A stretch of 64,000 nucleotides of DNA from a bacterium (GCA_963692865.2 OY843592.1:384001-448000); one strand, 5' to 3'; counted from the first letter of the stretch, positions 9,746 to 20,582 are shown. Numbers and translations are program-made. Notes: generated by a model not told the origin, from the sequence alone.

Positions 9746-11479
9746 TCAAGCCCCTCTCGTGCGGATGGCGAACAGCCCCTCCGGCCTTCTCTGCAGGAAG
9801 AGGATCACCAGAACCAGAATCACCACCTTGCCGAACACCGCGCCCATCGCCGGCTCGAGCATCTTGTTCATGCCGCCGATGCCGAAGCCCGCCACGATGG
9901 TCCCGAGAATCTTGCCCACGCCGCCCGTCACCACCACCATGAACGAATCCACGATGTAGTTCTGCCCCAGATCGGGCCCCACGTTCCCGACCTGGCTCAG
10001 GGCCGCGCCCGCCATGCCGGCCAGCCCCGCGCCGAAGGCGAACGTGCCCGCGTCCACGCGGCGGGAAGGAACGCCCAGGCAGGTGCTCATGCCCCGGTTC
10101 TGGGTGACGGCGCGAATCCGCAGGCCCGCACGCGTGCGGAAGAGGAACAGGTACGTGCCCGCCACGCAGAAAACGGCCAGCGCGATGATGAACATGCGGT
10201 TGAAAGGGAACTGGACGCCGACCATCAGGTGATACCCCCCGCTCAGCCATTCGGGGGATTTCACGTCCACGTTTTGAGCGCCGAACACCTGGCGGACGGC
10301 TTGCCGGAGAATCAGGCTGATCCCCCAGGTCGTCAACAGCGTCTCCAGCGGCCGGCCGTAAAGGTAGCGGATGATGGAAATCTCCATGAGCCAGCCCATC
10401 AGGGCCGATGCCGCGAATGCGACGGGAAGCGCCAGCAAGAAATACCAGCCGAAGTAGTTTTGCGGCACATACGAGATGAAGACGCCCTGGATGATGAAGG
10501 TGGCGTAGGCGCCGAGCATCATCAACTCCCCGTGCGCCATGTTGATGACGCCCATGAGGCCGAATACGATGGCCAGCCCCAGCGCCATCAGCAACAGGAT
10601 GGAGCCCAGGCTCAAGCCCCGGAACAAGGTGTCGATCGTCGCCGTCCAACTCAGGTAGCCCTCTATCTCCCCGATGGCGTCGCTCGACGCCGCGCGCACT
10701 TCAGCGTCCGCGTCTTTCGCCGCCAGACGCTTGAGCTGGGAGACGGCGTTCAGCCCGTGAATCTCGCCGAGGGCGGCGGCGGCGGAGCGCCTCTCTTCGG
10801 GGTTCGTGGATTTGAGCCGGATCAGCGCCTTCGCCTCGATGAGCGCGTGGCGGCCCAGCCAGTGGGTCTCGCTCTCCAGTACCTTGTCGAGCAGGGGAAT
10901 GAGGTTCTTGTCCCCCTCCCTCGCCAAACGCGTCGCCGCGGCGCGTCGCACGTTCGGGTCGGCGGAGTAGAGCTGCGCCGAGCTTTGGAGCTGGTTCAGG
11001 TAGGGTTTGATCGCGCGGCGGATTCTTCTGCCTGCTCGGATTTTACCGAGTTGCTCATCGTGAACGAAAAGGGGTTTACCGTCCGGGGATGTGAGAGGTT
11101 TTTTTCCGTGAATCGAGAAAAGGGGAACGTACTCCTTATCATCCCCGCGCGTCACGGCGTCTCCGCCGATGACGAACCGGGCCGCGCCCGCATCGGGCTT
11201 CCAGCGATAAAGGCTGCCCTCGCGAAGCGCCAAAAGAAGGGGTAGCAGCTTTGGCTCAAGGCGCTTCGCGAGAACGAGGGCAGCGCGTCTTCTTGCTTTT
11301 CTGTTTTTCGATCCCAACTGCGCGATTTCCGCCTGGATTGCCGGTGAAAACGTTTCGGTTTTCGCTTCTCCCCTTGCCGCCAGGCCAAAGCCGAGCGCGA
11401 AAACCAGAATAAGGACGCGAGATATGAACGATCTCGCCGACGCTCCACGCGGAATCGCCCTATCGCCGGCTTGCTGCAT
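9746..11479 (-). CDS. urtB: Urea ABC transporter permease UrtB with N-terminal HEAT-like repeat extension
   Basis: GLMGVINMAHGE, LYGRPLETLL, DSFMVVVTGGVG; N-terminal DPNVRRAAA/DAEVRAAS helical repeats; AAGGAGG RBS. Confidence 0.92.
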   Translation of the reverse strand: MQQAGDRAIPRGASARSFISRVLILVFALGFGLAARGEAKTETFSPAIQAEIAQLGSKNRKARRRAALVLAKRLEPKLLPLLLALREGSLYRWKPDAGAARFVIGGDAVTRGDDKEYVPLFSIHGKKPLTSPDGKPLFVHDEQLGKIRAGRRIRRAIKPYLNQLQSSAQLYSADPNVRRAAATRLAREGDKNLIPLLDKVLESETHWLGRHALIEAKALIRLKSTNPEERRSAAAALGEIHGLNAVSQLKRLAAKDADAEVRAASSDAIGEIEGYLSWTATIDTLFRGLSLGSILLLMALGLAIVFGLMGVINMAHGELMMLGAYATFIIQGVFISYVPQNYFGWYFLLALPVAFAASALMGWLMEISIIRYLYGRPLETLLTTWGISLILRQAVRQVFGAQNVDVKSPEWLSGGYHLMVGVQFPFNRMFIIALAVFCVAGTYLFLFRTRAGLRIRAVTQNRGMSTCLGVPSRRVDAGTFAFGAGLAGMAGAALSQVGNVGPDLGQNYIVDSFMVVVTGGVGKILGTIVAGFGIGGMNKMLEPAMGAVFGKVVILVLVILFLQRRPEGLFAIRTRGA

Positions 11480-11593
11480 ACCCCCTCCTTCGCCGTATTT
11501 GGCACATCGCCGGTATTTGCGATTCGCTGTTGTTTTTTTGGCCGCCCGTGGGGGAAGCCGAACTACGCGGCTCCCCCCGGGCGGTTCTTGCGA

Positions 11594-12922
11594 CTAGGCC
11601 GTCTTCTTCTTGTATGTTCCCTGGTGATTTACCCAGTCACAGCTCTTGTCCGGACTCGTGTACTTGCTCCAGGGTTCGGGCGCCACGAGGCCCTTCGTCT
11701 GCGAGACGATTTCGAATTGCCCGTTCTTGAGGATTTCGCCGATGAGCACGGGCTTGTGCAGATGGTGGTTCTTCTCGTCGATCTTCTTGAATCCGCCCGG
11801 CGCCTCGAAGCCCATTCCGTAGGCCGCCTTGCGCACGTCGTCCACCTTCGTGGCGCCTGCTTTCTCGACCGCCTGCTTCCAGATGTAGACGCCGAGGTAG
11901 GCCGCCTCGATGGGGTCGTCCGTCACGCGGCTCGCGCCGCCGGGCAGGCCCTTTTTCTTGCAGTAGGTCTTGAAGTTCTTCACGAATTTCTTGTTCTGCG
12001 GCGTGTCGATTGACTGGTAGTAGTTCCAGGCCGCCAGGTGCCCGACGAGCGATTTCGAGTCCATGCCGCGCAGCTCGTCCTCCGCCACGCTGAACGCCAT
12101 GATGGGCACGTCCTCGGAGCGAAGGCCCTGGTTCGCGAACTCCTTGTAGAAGGGCACGTTGCTGTCGCCGTTGATGGTGCTGAGTACGGCGGCGTCGCCG
12201 CCCGAGGCGAACGATTTCACCTTGCCCACGATGGTCTGGTAATCCTGGTGGTGGAAAGGCGTGTACTCTTCCATGATGTTCGAGGCCGGCACGCCTTTCG
12301 CCAGCAGGAAAGCCCTGAGAATCTTGTTCGCCGTGCGCGGGAACACGTAGTCGGTGCCGAGCAGGTAGAACTTCTTGAACCCGCCGCCGTCCTCGCTCAT
12401 CATGTAGTCCGCCGCGGGAATCAACTGCTGGTTCGGCGTCGCGCCCGTGTAGAAGACGTTCTTCGAGCACTCCTCGCCCTCGTACTGCACCGGGTAGAAG
12501 AGAAGGCCGTTGTTCTTTTCATAGACGGGAAGGACGGATTTGCGGCTCACCGAGGTCCAGCAGCCGAAGGTCACGTCCACCTTGTCCTTCAGGAGAAGCT
12601 GCTTCGCCTTCTCGGCGAACAGATCCCAGTCGGACGCCGGGTCGACGACCACGGGCTTGATGGGGCGCTTCATCACGCCGCCCGCAGAGTTGATCTCCTC
12701 CACGGCCATCATGACCACGTCGCGCAGCGAAACCTCGCTGATCGCCATGGTCCCGCTCAGGGAATGCAGAACCCCGATCTTGATGGGCTCCGCCGCCCGG
12801 ATCACGTTCGGGAACGGAAGCGCGCTCATCGCCGCGGCGCCGAGCCCCATCGCTCCCGCTTTCTTCAGAAACCTCCTGCGGGACAAGTTTTCTGCTCCGA
12901 TTAACTTCTTCTTACTCTTCAT
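11594..12922 (-). CDS. urtA: Urea ABC transporter substrate-binding protein UrtA (Tat signal)
   Basis: LSRRRFLKK Tat motif, IGVLHSLSGTMAISE, FGCWTSVSRKSVLP, YPVQYEGEE, GTDYVFPRTAN. Confidence 0.95.
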   Translation of the reverse strand: MKSKKKLIGAENLSRRRFLKKAGAMGLGAAAMSALPFPNVIRAAEPIKIGVLHSLSGTMAISEVSLRDVVMMAVEEINSAGGVMKRPIKPVVVDPASDWDLFAEKAKQLLLKDKVDVTFGCWTSVSRKSVLPVYEKNNGLLFYPVQYEGEECSKNVFYTGATPNQQLIPAADYMMSEDGGGFKKFYLLGTDYVFPRTANKILRAFLLAKGVPASNIMEEYTPFHHQDYQTIVGKVKSFASGGDAAVLSTINGDSNVPFYKEFANQGLRSEDVPIMAFSVAEDELRGMDSKSLVGHLAAWNYYQSIDTPQNKKFVKNFKTYCKKKGLPGGASRVTDDPIEAAYLGVYIWKQAVEKAGATKVDDVRKAAYGMGFEAPGGFKKIDEKNHHLHKPVLIGEILKNGQFEIVSQTKGLVAPEPWSKYTSPDKSCDWVNHQGTYKKKTA

Positions 12923-13131
12923 TCTTTCAATCTCCCCTTCTTTTCTCTGTAAAAGCGGCCGCCTCACGCGGCCTGAAGCAAAATAAACACAGGAAATCTT
13001 CGATGACAGAATGGAAATATAGGGAGGTTTCTTTACGGGAATCTTGCGGTTCGGTTAAATTGCCGTTTCCGTTTTGTTTCATCCATGTTTCGAGGATTCG
13101 CGGTTCCATGACCATCAACCCCCCGCAGGCC

Positions 13132-13297
13132 GGACTGTTGAAAAAGCCAGAGAGGAGAAATTTGCGTGTAGGGGTCGCATACATGCGACCCGGCCTTTGT
13201 TCGCCGCCCGTCATGGGCCGCATATATGCGGCCCCTACAAAAACCGTCCCTTCCCGGTTACGCCAAATCTCCGCTCATCAGGACTTTTTCAACAGCC
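13132..13297. mobile_element. MITE-like element: IS-type terminal inverted repeats enclosing a REP doublet
   Basis: GGACTGTTGAAAAAG...CTTTTTCAACAGCC ends, internal GTAGGGGTCGCAT..ATGCGACC/GGGCCGCAT..ATGCGGCCCCTAC, flanking direct repeat CGCAGGCC. Confidence 0.72.
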
Positions 13298-13358
13298 CGC
13301 AGGCCGGGCGACTACTCATCCTTGAAACGCACACCCCACTCTCGGGGAGGTCACTAAA

Positions 13359-14744
13359 ATGGCGTCGTTAAGCCGCCGGTTCGCGAGATGGGCGGCGGGG
13401 CTTCGCTTCGAGGATCTGCCGGGCGAAGTCGTCGACCGCGCCAGGGGCGTCACCCTGCAAGCCGTCTCCTCCGCTCTTTTGGGCTCTCAAACGGAAGACG
13501 GGCGCAGGGCCGTCGCCCTCATCACCGGGGAAGAAGCGGGCTTTCAGGGCGGCGCGACCATCATGGTGAGCGGGGCCGGGGCGACGAAAGGCGGCGCGGC
13601 CTTCGCGAACTCGGAACTCATCCTGGCGGGCGGCAAGTGGGATACGTTCCGCATGCTCACCCACCCGGGAACCTCCATCATCCCCGCCGCCCTCGCTGCT
13701 GCGGAAAAGAGGGGCGCCTCGGGGGCGGATTTGCTGACGGGCGTCGCCGCGGGCTATGAGGTCATGGAGCGTCTGGCGTCGGACTTCATTCCCACGGTGA
13801 TGTCGCGCGGCTTTCACGCGGGACCCGTTTTCGGGATTTTCGGGGCGGCCGTCGCCGCCGGGAAGATCATGGGCCTGAGCGAGGAGCAGATGAACAGCGC
13901 AATCGCGCTCTGCGCGAGTCTCGCGAGCGGGAATCTCGAAGGCCCGCGCAGCGGCGGAGGGGCGCTGAGAGAAGGCGCGGCGGTGCGAAACGCCCTATTG
14001 GCGGCGGACCTCGCAGAGCAGGGCCACGCCGGCGGAGAGACGGTGCTGGAGGGCGAAGCCGGCTTCTACCACGCCTACACGGGAAACAACGAGGGCCGCC
14101 TCACGTACAGCTTCACGGGCGATGCGAGAACGAGCCTGGAGGGAATCACCGAAGCTCTCGGGGAGGAGTGGCTCTTCCTCGAAACGCTTTTCCGGGTCTA
14201 TTCCACCTCGGGCTACAACCTGGCCCACATCGACGTGACGGCGAGGCTCTGCGAGGAGAACGACATCCGCCCCCAAGAAGTCGAGCGCGTGGAGACCATA
14301 GTGAACTGGCTGGAGACCCGATATCCCAGCCCCGCCTTCGCGAACCGCCGCGAGGACGGGGCGCCGCGCATTGGCGGCACGCATTACTACGCGGCCTTCG
14401 GCGTCGTCGAGCGCGGCTATCCGCTCCTGAACAAGCCCCCCGGCGAGGCCGACCCGCCCGAGGTGCTCGAGATGATGGAGCGCGTCCGCATCATCCCCTC
14501 CCGCGAGATGGGTCTTTTCGCCCCCAGGGTGAGCATCCACACCAAAGAAAGAGGGGTATTCACCAGACAGGCCACCGGGCGGGAGTTCGTCTTCAGCTTC
14601 GAGGAACTCGCGGAGCGCATCGGTGGCATCGCACCGGGGCTGCCGGTGCCGGAGGCGCGCTACAGGGAAATCATCGAAACCTGCCGCACGCTGGAGGCGC
14701 AAGAGAAGGCGGGGAAACTCATCCGCCTCACCGTGGCCGAATAA
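13359..14744 (+). CDS. MmgE/PrpD family protein
   Basis: LRFEDLPGEVV, AAFAN, THPGTSIIPAALA, AAGYEV, RGFH, EGEAGFY. Confidence 0.88.
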   Translation: MASLSRRFARWAAGLRFEDLPGEVVDRARGVTLQAVSSALLGSQTEDGRRAVALITGEEAGFQGGATIMVSGAGATKGGAAFANSELILAGGKWDTFRMLTHPGTSIIPAALAAAEKRGASGADLLTGVAAGYEVMERLASDFIPTVMSRGFHAGPVFGIFGAAVAAGKIMGLSEEQMNSAIALCASLASGNLEGPRSGGGALREGAAVRNALLAADLAEQGHAGGETVLEGEAGFYHAYTGNNEGRLTYSFTGDARTSLEGITEALGEEWLFLETLFRVYSTSGYNLAHIDVTARLCEENDIRPQEVERVETIVNWLETRYPSPAFANRREDGAPRIGGTHYYAAFGVVERGYPLLNKPPGEADPPEVLEMMERVRIIPSREMGLFAPRVSIHTKERGVFTRQATGREFVFSFEELAERIGGIAPGLPVPEARYREIIETCRTLEAQEKAGKLIRLTVAE

Positions 14745-14764
14745 GAGGCCGCTCCCGGAAGCGC

Positions 14765-15901
14765 CTACCAGAGCCGCCCGGACGCCAGGGCCGCGCCCTC
14801 GGCGAGTGCGGCCATCTTCATCCACACGATGCGCCGGTCCACCTGCACCCGGCCGGCGAAGGTGCCGAAACCGCAATCGACGCCGGCAATCACGTTCTCG
14901 CGCCCCACCGCCTCGGCGTAGCTCACGATGCGATCGGCCACCAGTTCGGGATGCTCCACGAAGTTGGACGTCGAATCGATCACGCCGGGGATGATGCTCT
15001 TGCCCTCCGGCAACTCGACTTCGCGCCACACTTTCCACTCGTGGCCGTGGCGCGGGTTCGCGCCGGGGAACGAAACGGCGCAGGGTTTCCCCTTCAAGAC
15101 GATGTCGATGATGTCCTTGATCGGAACGTCCTCATGGTGCGGCCCCAGCGTGCTGCCCCAGCAGATGTGCATCCGCATCCGCTCGGGCGCGATGTTCCGC
15201 ACCGCGTGGTTCAGGGCTTCGACGTGCATCTCGATTTCGGTGCGGAAATCGGCGAGGCTCAAATCGCGGAACACGGTGTGGCGGCTGAGCGCCAGGTCGG
15301 GGCAGTCGAGCTGCAGGAGCAGGCCCGCGTCCACAATCGCCTCGTACTCGCGGCGCATCACGTCCGCGAGCGCGAATATGTACTCCTCCTCGCTCGGGTA
15401 GTGGAGGTTCCTCAGATAGCGCGAAATCTGCCCCGGCGAGGGGGAGGTCATGAACGCCTCCTCCACGTCGGCGCGGCCGAGGACGCTCCTCGCGCGCTCG
15501 ATGTCCACTTGGGCGGCGGGCCAGTCCTTCCACGCCACGGGGCCGGAGCAGGCCGGACGGTTCTGGAGGGGCGAGGCGAATTGGGAGAGAATCTCGGCCA
15601 GTTCGGGAAAGCGCTCCTCGCCCGCGCCGAGCGGGGGCGAACTCGGCCCCTCGTATCCCGTCAGCCTGTGCTTGACGTGGGAGGTGTAATCGGGCCGGCC
15701 CTGCTCGCCGTCGTTGATCACGTCGACTCCCGCCGCCGCCTGTTTCTCCACGACGTCCTCTATCGCGCGCGCCACGGCGGCATCGAAAGCGTCGGAATCC
15801 ACTGCGCCCTCCTCCTGGGCCAGCAACAAATCGACCACCTCTGCGGGACGCGGCAGGCTCCCCGTGTGGGTCGTGAGTATTCTCTCCGTGCTTCGCTTCA
15901 T
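14765..15901 (-). CDS. Cobalamin-independent methionine synthase II family protein
   Basis: RILTTHTGSLPRP, NDGEQ, LQLDCPDLA, MHICWG, ANPRHGHEW, EHPELVADRI, DCGFGT. Confidence 0.9.
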   Translation of the reverse strand: MKRSTERILTTHTGSLPRPAEVVDLLLAQEEGAVDSDAFDAAVARAIEDVVEKQAAAGVDVINDGEQGRPDYTSHVKHRLTGYEGPSSPPLGAGEERFPELAEILSQFASPLQNRPACSGPVAWKDWPAAQVDIERARSVLGRADVEEAFMTSPSPGQISRYLRNLHYPSEEEYIFALADVMRREYEAIVDAGLLLQLDCPDLALSRHTVFRDLSLADFRTEIEMHVEALNHAVRNIAPERMRMHICWGSTLGPHHEDVPIKDIIDIVLKGKPCAVSFPGANPRHGHEWKVWREVELPEGKSIIPGVIDSTSNFVEHPELVADRIVSYAEAVGRENVIAGVDCGFGTFAGRVQVDRRIVWMKMAALAEGAALASGRLW

Positions 15902-15964
15902 GGCTCGATTCTCCTCGTTGCTGTCTCGTTTCGATTCAAGAACCCACATCAATAAATTTGATGA

Positions 15965-17455
15965 TCAAGAGCGGCTCCGCTCCCTCCAAAATGAAGTCCT
16001 CTTCAGAAAGACGCTGACGAGGTAGAGCAAGGCCAGGGCCAGAAACGCCAGGCTGATCGGCTTGCGGAAGAAGATGCCGGGGTCGCCGTCCGAGAGGATG
16101 AGCGACATTCGCGCGTTTTTCTCGAACACCGGACCCAGGATGATCGCCAGGAGCAGGGGCATGATGGGATAGTCGAACTTTTGCATGAAATAGCCCAGCA
16201 ATCCGAATCCGATCATCAGGAAGACGTCGAAAAAGCTGTTCTGGAGCGCGAATGCGCCGATGACGCAGAACACGGCGATGCTCGGGAAGAGAAGCCCCGG
16301 CGGCACGCGCAGCACCTGGACGAACAGGCGGATGCCCAGAAGCGCGATGACGATGGTCAGGAACAGCGCGATGAGAAAAGACCCGAATATCGAGAACACG
16401 AAACCGCCGTGGCTCTCGAACAGGAGCGGCCCCGGCGCGAGCCCCTGGATGGTAAGCGCGCCGAGCATCACGGCGGTGACGGGGTCGCCGGGGATTCCCA
16501 GCGTGAGCATCGGGATCATCGCGCCGCCGGTCATGGCGCTGTTGGCGGCCTCGGGCGCGGATACGCCCTCGAGCTTCCCCTCGCCGAACGATTCGGGCTC
16601 GGGAGAGCGGCGCTGCGCCGTGTTGTAGCTCAGCACGGCGGCGACGGCGCTTCCCGTGCCCGGCAGCAGGCCGATGGTGGTCCCGATGAGGGAGGATTGC
16701 GCGAGCGTCCTCCAGAGGCCGGCCAGGGTTCCGGGTGAGGGCAGCAGGTCGCGCAGGCGCGTCGAGAAATCCGGCAAGGAGACGGCGGAGCCGCGCATGC
16801 CCGATATGATCTCGGGCACGGCGAAAAGCCCTATCATCACCGGCAGGAAAGAAACGCCCTGTTGAATCTGCACGACGGAAAACGTGAAGCGCGGTATGGA
16901 GTCGATGGGGTCCATGCCGACGGTTGCGAAACTCAGGCCCAGTACGCCCGAGATGAGCGCCTTGCTCATCGAGGTTTGCGCGAAACCGCAGATGAGGCAA
17001 AGCCCCAGCAGGACCAGCGCGGCCAGTTCGGGCGCGCCGAACTTCAGGGCGAATTCCGCCAGCTGGGGCGCGATGGTCACCAGGCAGGCGAGGCTGAACA
17101 GCCCGCCCAGAAAACTCGAGAAAAACGCCACGCCCAGCGCGACCCCGGCCCGGCCCTTCCGGGCGAGCGGGTGCCCGTCGAGGCTCGTGACGATGGCGGC
17201 GGGGTTGCCGGGGATGTTGATCAGAATGGCCGAGATGCTGCCCCCCGTCATCCCGCCGACGAAAACGCCCACGAGGAGGCTCATCGACGTGACGCTCGCC
17301 ATGTGGAAGGTGAAGGGCAGCAGGAGAATGATGCCCATGCTCACCGTAAGGCCGGGGATGGCCGCGAAGACGATGCCCATGAAACTTCCCAGAACCGCGA
17401 ACAACAAAGGCTTCCACGCCAGCGCCTGGACGATGCCCTCCACCAGGAGTTCCAT
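15965..17455 (-). CDS. tctA: Tripartite tricarboxylate transporter permease TctA
   Basis: GGSISAILINIPG, DGHPLARKGRAG, APEAANSA, LTLGIPGD. Confidence 0.92.
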   Translation of the reverse strand: MELLVEGIVQALAWKPLLFAVLGSFMGIVFAAIPGLTVSMGIILLLPFTFHMASVTSMSLLVGVFVGGMTGGSISAILINIPGNPAAIVTSLDGHPLARKGRAGVALGVAFFSSFLGGLFSLACLVTIAPQLAEFALKFGAPELAALVLLGLCLICGFAQTSMSKALISGVLGLSFATVGMDPIDSIPRFTFSVVQIQQGVSFLPVMIGLFAVPEIISGMRGSAVSLPDFSTRLRDLLPSPGTLAGLWRTLAQSSLIGTTIGLLPGTGSAVAAVLSYNTAQRRSPEPESFGEGKLEGVSAPEAANSAMTGGAMIPMLTLGIPGDPVTAVMLGALTIQGLAPGPLLFESHGGFVFSIFGSFLIALFLTIVIALLGIRLFVQVLRVPPGLLFPSIAVFCVIGAFALQNSFFDVFLMIGFGLLGYFMQKFDYPIMPLLLAIILGPVFEKNARMSLILSDGDPGIFFRKPISLAFLALALLYLVSVFLKRTSFWRERSRS

Positions 17456-17457
17456 CT

Positions 17458-17943
17458 TTAGAAGAGCCAGTCCTGTGGCAGGGGCACCTTGAGCACGTGG
17501 TGAAATACGTAATTCACCACAAATGCGAAGATAACGACGTAGGGAATGATGATTTTCCAGGAGCGGATGCCGCTCCACCAGATGGAGACGGCGAGAAACG
17601 CCACGACAGCGGCGGAAAAGCCGGCATACTGCATCAAGACCGCGAAACCCACGAGCAGGAGGCAGAGGATCATGGCGTCGAGTACGCCCTTGCGCTCTAT
17701 GGCGGTGTGCGCTTTTTCTTGCGCTTTACCGAGGCAGGCCGTACCGATATCGACCAGCGTCAGGACGATAAGCAGCGATGCCCAGAGCCAGGGGATGAAA
17801 GAAGGCCCCAGGGGACCTTCTTCCCCCGGCCCCTGGGGCAACTCCAGAATCAGCGAACCGTACCAGACGTAAAAAACCACCAGGAGGATCGGAACGCCGA
17901 GGCGTCCGACGCGCAGCCTGATTTTTTTGCTCTCCCCCGTCAT
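17458..17943 (-). CDS. tctB: Tripartite tricarboxylate transporter TctB
   Basis: Small multi-TM protein, LGPSFIP and F...LKVPLP motifs, between tctC and tctA. Confidence 0.85.
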   Translation of the reverse strand: MTGESKKIRLRVGRLGVPILLVVFYVWYGSLILELPQGPGEEGPLGPSFIPWLWASLLIVLTLVDIGTACLGKAQEKAHTAIERKGVLDAMILCLLLVGFAVLMQYAGFSAAVVAFLAVSIWWSGIRSWKIIIPYVVIFAFVVNYVFHHVLKVPLPQDWLF

Positions 17944-17991
17944 GAACACCGGATCCCTTGTGGCTTTTCGTCATCGGCGCGATTCAGAAGT

Positions 17992-18948
17992 TTATTTTTT
18001 CTTCTTCTTGTCCAGGCCCAGCGAAACGACGACCTCCTTGATCAGAGCGTTCTGCTTGGCCACGAAGGCCGGGAACTTGTCCGGGCCCATGTAGGAGACC
18101 AGGAAACCCCTCTTCTCGGCGGTGGACAGGACTTTCGGATCCTTCGCAGCCGCCGAGAAGGCCTTGTGGAGCGCTTGAACCGCCTCTTTGGGCGTTCCCT
18201 TGGGAACGTGCAGTCCCCGGAACTGGTAAAAGCCGACGTCCCACCCGTGCTCGCTGAACAGGGGAACCTTGGGGTAGGCCGGGTGGCGCTTCGGGAAGGA
18301 AACGGCCAGCATGCGCACCTTGCCCGCCTTGTGGAGGGCCAGGACCTCGGGCGGATGGACGGAAATCGCGTCTACCTCGCCGCCCAGCAGGCTGGGCACG
18401 CGGCGTTTGCCCAGGGGGACGTGACGGAACTTGAAGCCCGCCTTTTGTGAGAGCGCGGAAGCCGTGAGCCTGGTGAAGCTGCCCGAACCGGCGCTTCCGA
18501 TCTTGAGCTTCTTCGATTTGGCCGCTTTCACGAGTTCGGGAAGCGATTTATACGGGGAATCGGCCCGGACGACGATGGCGGTTCCCTCGAACACCAGGCG
18601 GGAAACGTAATCCCAGGCGCGGTAGTCATAGGGCAATTTCCCCATGGTGGTGCCGGTCAGGATCGAGGCCGAGAGCCAGCCGATCTTGTACCCGTCGTTC
18701 GGCGCGGTCTTGACGTAGGCGAAGCCGATCGTGCCGCCCGCTCCCGGGCGGTTCACGGCGACGATGGGCTGGCCGAATACTTTCTCGGCCGCTTTCGCCA
18801 CGGTGCGGCCGGAGATGTCCGCAGCGCCGCCGGGTTTGAAGGTGATGGTCATCTCCACAGGCTTCGTCGGATAGGCCGCCGAGGCGGGCGCTGCAGATAC
18901 CCCCGCGACGACGAAGGCAAGTGCGAAAACCAGTAAAAACTTCTTCAT
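17992..18948 (-). CDS. tctC: Tripartite tricarboxylate transporter substrate-binding protein TctC (Bug family)
   Basis: Signal peptide, YPTKPV...FKPGGAADISGR, NRPGAGGTIG, PNDGY, PKGTP. Confidence 0.9.
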   Translation of the reverse strand: MKKFLLVFALAFVVAGVSAAPASAAYPTKPVEMTITFKPGGAADISGRTVAKAAEKVFGQPIVAVNRPGAGGTIGFAYVKTAPNDGYKIGWLSASILTGTTMGKLPYDYRAWDYVSRLVFEGTAIVVRADSPYKSLPELVKAAKSKKLKIGSAGSGSFTRLTASALSQKAGFKFRHVPLGKRRVPSLLGGEVDAISVHPPEVLALHKAGKVRMLAVSFPKRHPAYPKVPLFSEHGWDVGFYQFRGLHVPKGTPKEAVQALHKAFSAAAKDPKVLSTAEKRGFLVSYMGPDKFPAFVAKQNALIKEVVVSLGLDKKKKK

Positions 18949-19013
18949 GGTGTTTCCTCCTTGAGATGCGCATGAAGTGCGCTGAGAAGTTTCTCGAAAC
19001 TCATGATGTCGTC

Positions 19014-20522
19014 TTAATCCCGATTCCAGGAATGCCATCTCGAAAGGCCGATGCAGACGCTCTTGATCTGGGTGTATTCGCGCAGGGCCTCCTCGCCGTG
19101 CTCCCTGCCGATGCCGCTTTTCTTCACGCCGCCGAAGGGAATCTCGGAGCCGTAGCGATAGGTGTTGATGAACACGTTTCCGCAATCAAGCTCCTGAGCG
19201 AGCCGATGCGCCCGGCGCAGGTCGCTCGTCCAGACGTAGCTCGCCAGCCCGAACTCCGTGGCGTTGGCGTCCCGCACCGCATCGTCGAGAGAGTCGTATT
19301 CATGAACGGTGAGAACGGGGCCGAAAATCTCATCGCACGCCGCCTTCATTCCCTGGTTCACGCCCGTGAGCACCGTGGGCTGCATGAAATTGCCGTCCGG
19401 TCCTCCTTCCGGCTTCGCGCTGTCACCACCGCAGGCGACGCGCGCCCCGTCGCCGAGAGCCGATTCGACGTAGCCGACGACGTCGGCGAGATGACCGGGA
19501 GAGATGAGCGGCCCCATGTCGGTCGCTTCATCCATGGCGTCGCCGACGTTTATTCCCTCGACGCGCTCTTTAATCCTCTCGACGAACGCATCGTGAATGG
19601 AACGCGGGAGGAACAGGCGCGTTCCGGCGAAACAGACCTCGCCCTGGCGGGCGAAAACCTGGCTCATCACGCCGTCCGCCGCTTCGTCGAGGTCTGCGTC
19701 CTCGCATACGATGATGGGCCCCTTGCCGCCAAGCTCCGCCAGCACGGGCGTCACGTTCTGCGCGGCGAGCCCCAGGACTTCCAGGCCGCCCTCGGTGCCG
19801 CCCGTGAAGACGATTTTTCTGATGTCGGGATGGCCCACGATCTTGGCGCCCGTCGAGCGCCCCGAACCCGCGACGATGTTGATCACCCCCGGCGGGAACC
19901 CGGCTTCTTCGACCAGTTTTCCGAAATAGAGCACAGACGCCAGGGCGACGGCGGAGGGTTTGACCACCACCGTGTTGCCGCAGGCAAGAGCGGCGGCCAG
20001 CCCCCGCGACATGAGCTTGAGCGGGGTGTTCCAGGGAACGATGATGGCCACGACGCCCAAAGGCTCCCTCGTCGAATACATGAGGCGGTCGTTCATGAGG
20101 GGCTGCGCGCCGCCCTCCACCTTTCCGGCCCATCCGGCGAAATACTCGAAATGGCGCGCGGAGGAGGCGGATTCAAGACGGCTCTCCCGGATGGGGATGC
20201 CCGTGTTGATCGCTTCGAGTCTCGCGAGGGTTTCTGAATGCTCGCGCATCAGGGCCGCGAGCTTCATAATCAATTTTCCGCGCTCCAGCGCGGGCATCTT
20301 CTTCCAGGACAGGTCGTGAAACGCCCGCCAGCAGGAGGCGACGGCCTCATCGACCTGCGCGTCAGAGGCGGGGAACAACTGGAAAATCGTCTCGTTGTTC
20401 GAGGGGTTGAGCACGTCTATCGGCTCGCCGCGCTCGCCCTTGACCCAGGCGCCGTCGATGTACTGCTGCTCCACCTCCTGGGTGAGGGGAAACTCGGCCA
20501 CCTTCACTAAACTACCAGACAT
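19014..20522 (-). CDS. Aldehyde dehydrogenase
   Basis: IVPWN, FTGGT, ELGGK, GEVC (catalytic Cys), EIFGPV, PFGGVKKSGIGRE. Confidence 0.95.
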   Translation of the reverse strand: MSGSLVKVAEFPLTQEVEQQYIDGAWVKGERGEPIDVLNPSNNETIFQLFPASDAQVDEAVASCWRAFHDLSWKKMPALERGKLIMKLAALMREHSETLARLEAINTGIPIRESRLESASSARHFEYFAGWAGKVEGGAQPLMNDRLMYSTREPLGVVAIIVPWNTPLKLMSRGLAAALACGNTVVVKPSAVALASVLYFGKLVEEAGFPPGVINIVAGSGRSTGAKIVGHPDIRKIVFTGGTEGGLEVLGLAAQNVTPVLAELGGKGPIIVCEDADLDEAADGVMSQVFARQGEVCFAGTRLFLPRSIHDAFVERIKERVEGINVGDAMDEATDMGPLISPGHLADVVGYVESALGDGARVACGGDSAKPEGGPDGNFMQPTVLTGVNQGMKAACDEIFGPVLTVHEYDSLDDAVRDANATEFGLASYVWTSDLRRAHRLAQELDCGNVFINTYRYGSEIPFGGVKKSGIGREHGEEALREYTQIKSVCIGLSRWHSWNRD

Positions 20523-20582
20523 CAAAAGCTCCTTTGGTTATAAGAACGTATCGATCAGACGCCCCAGGCGGGCTCCCGGGCT

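Noticed and set aside
7805-11245. 1146-aa plus-strand ORF and other long antisense ORFs over the urt/ure/tct/liv genes
   Set aside because: High-GC shadow ORFs opposite well-supported genes, with no recognisable motifs.
11499-11521. Sigma-54 promoter (TGGCAC...TTGC) between urtA and urtB
   Set aside because: Wrong -24/-12 spacing and opposite strand to the operon.
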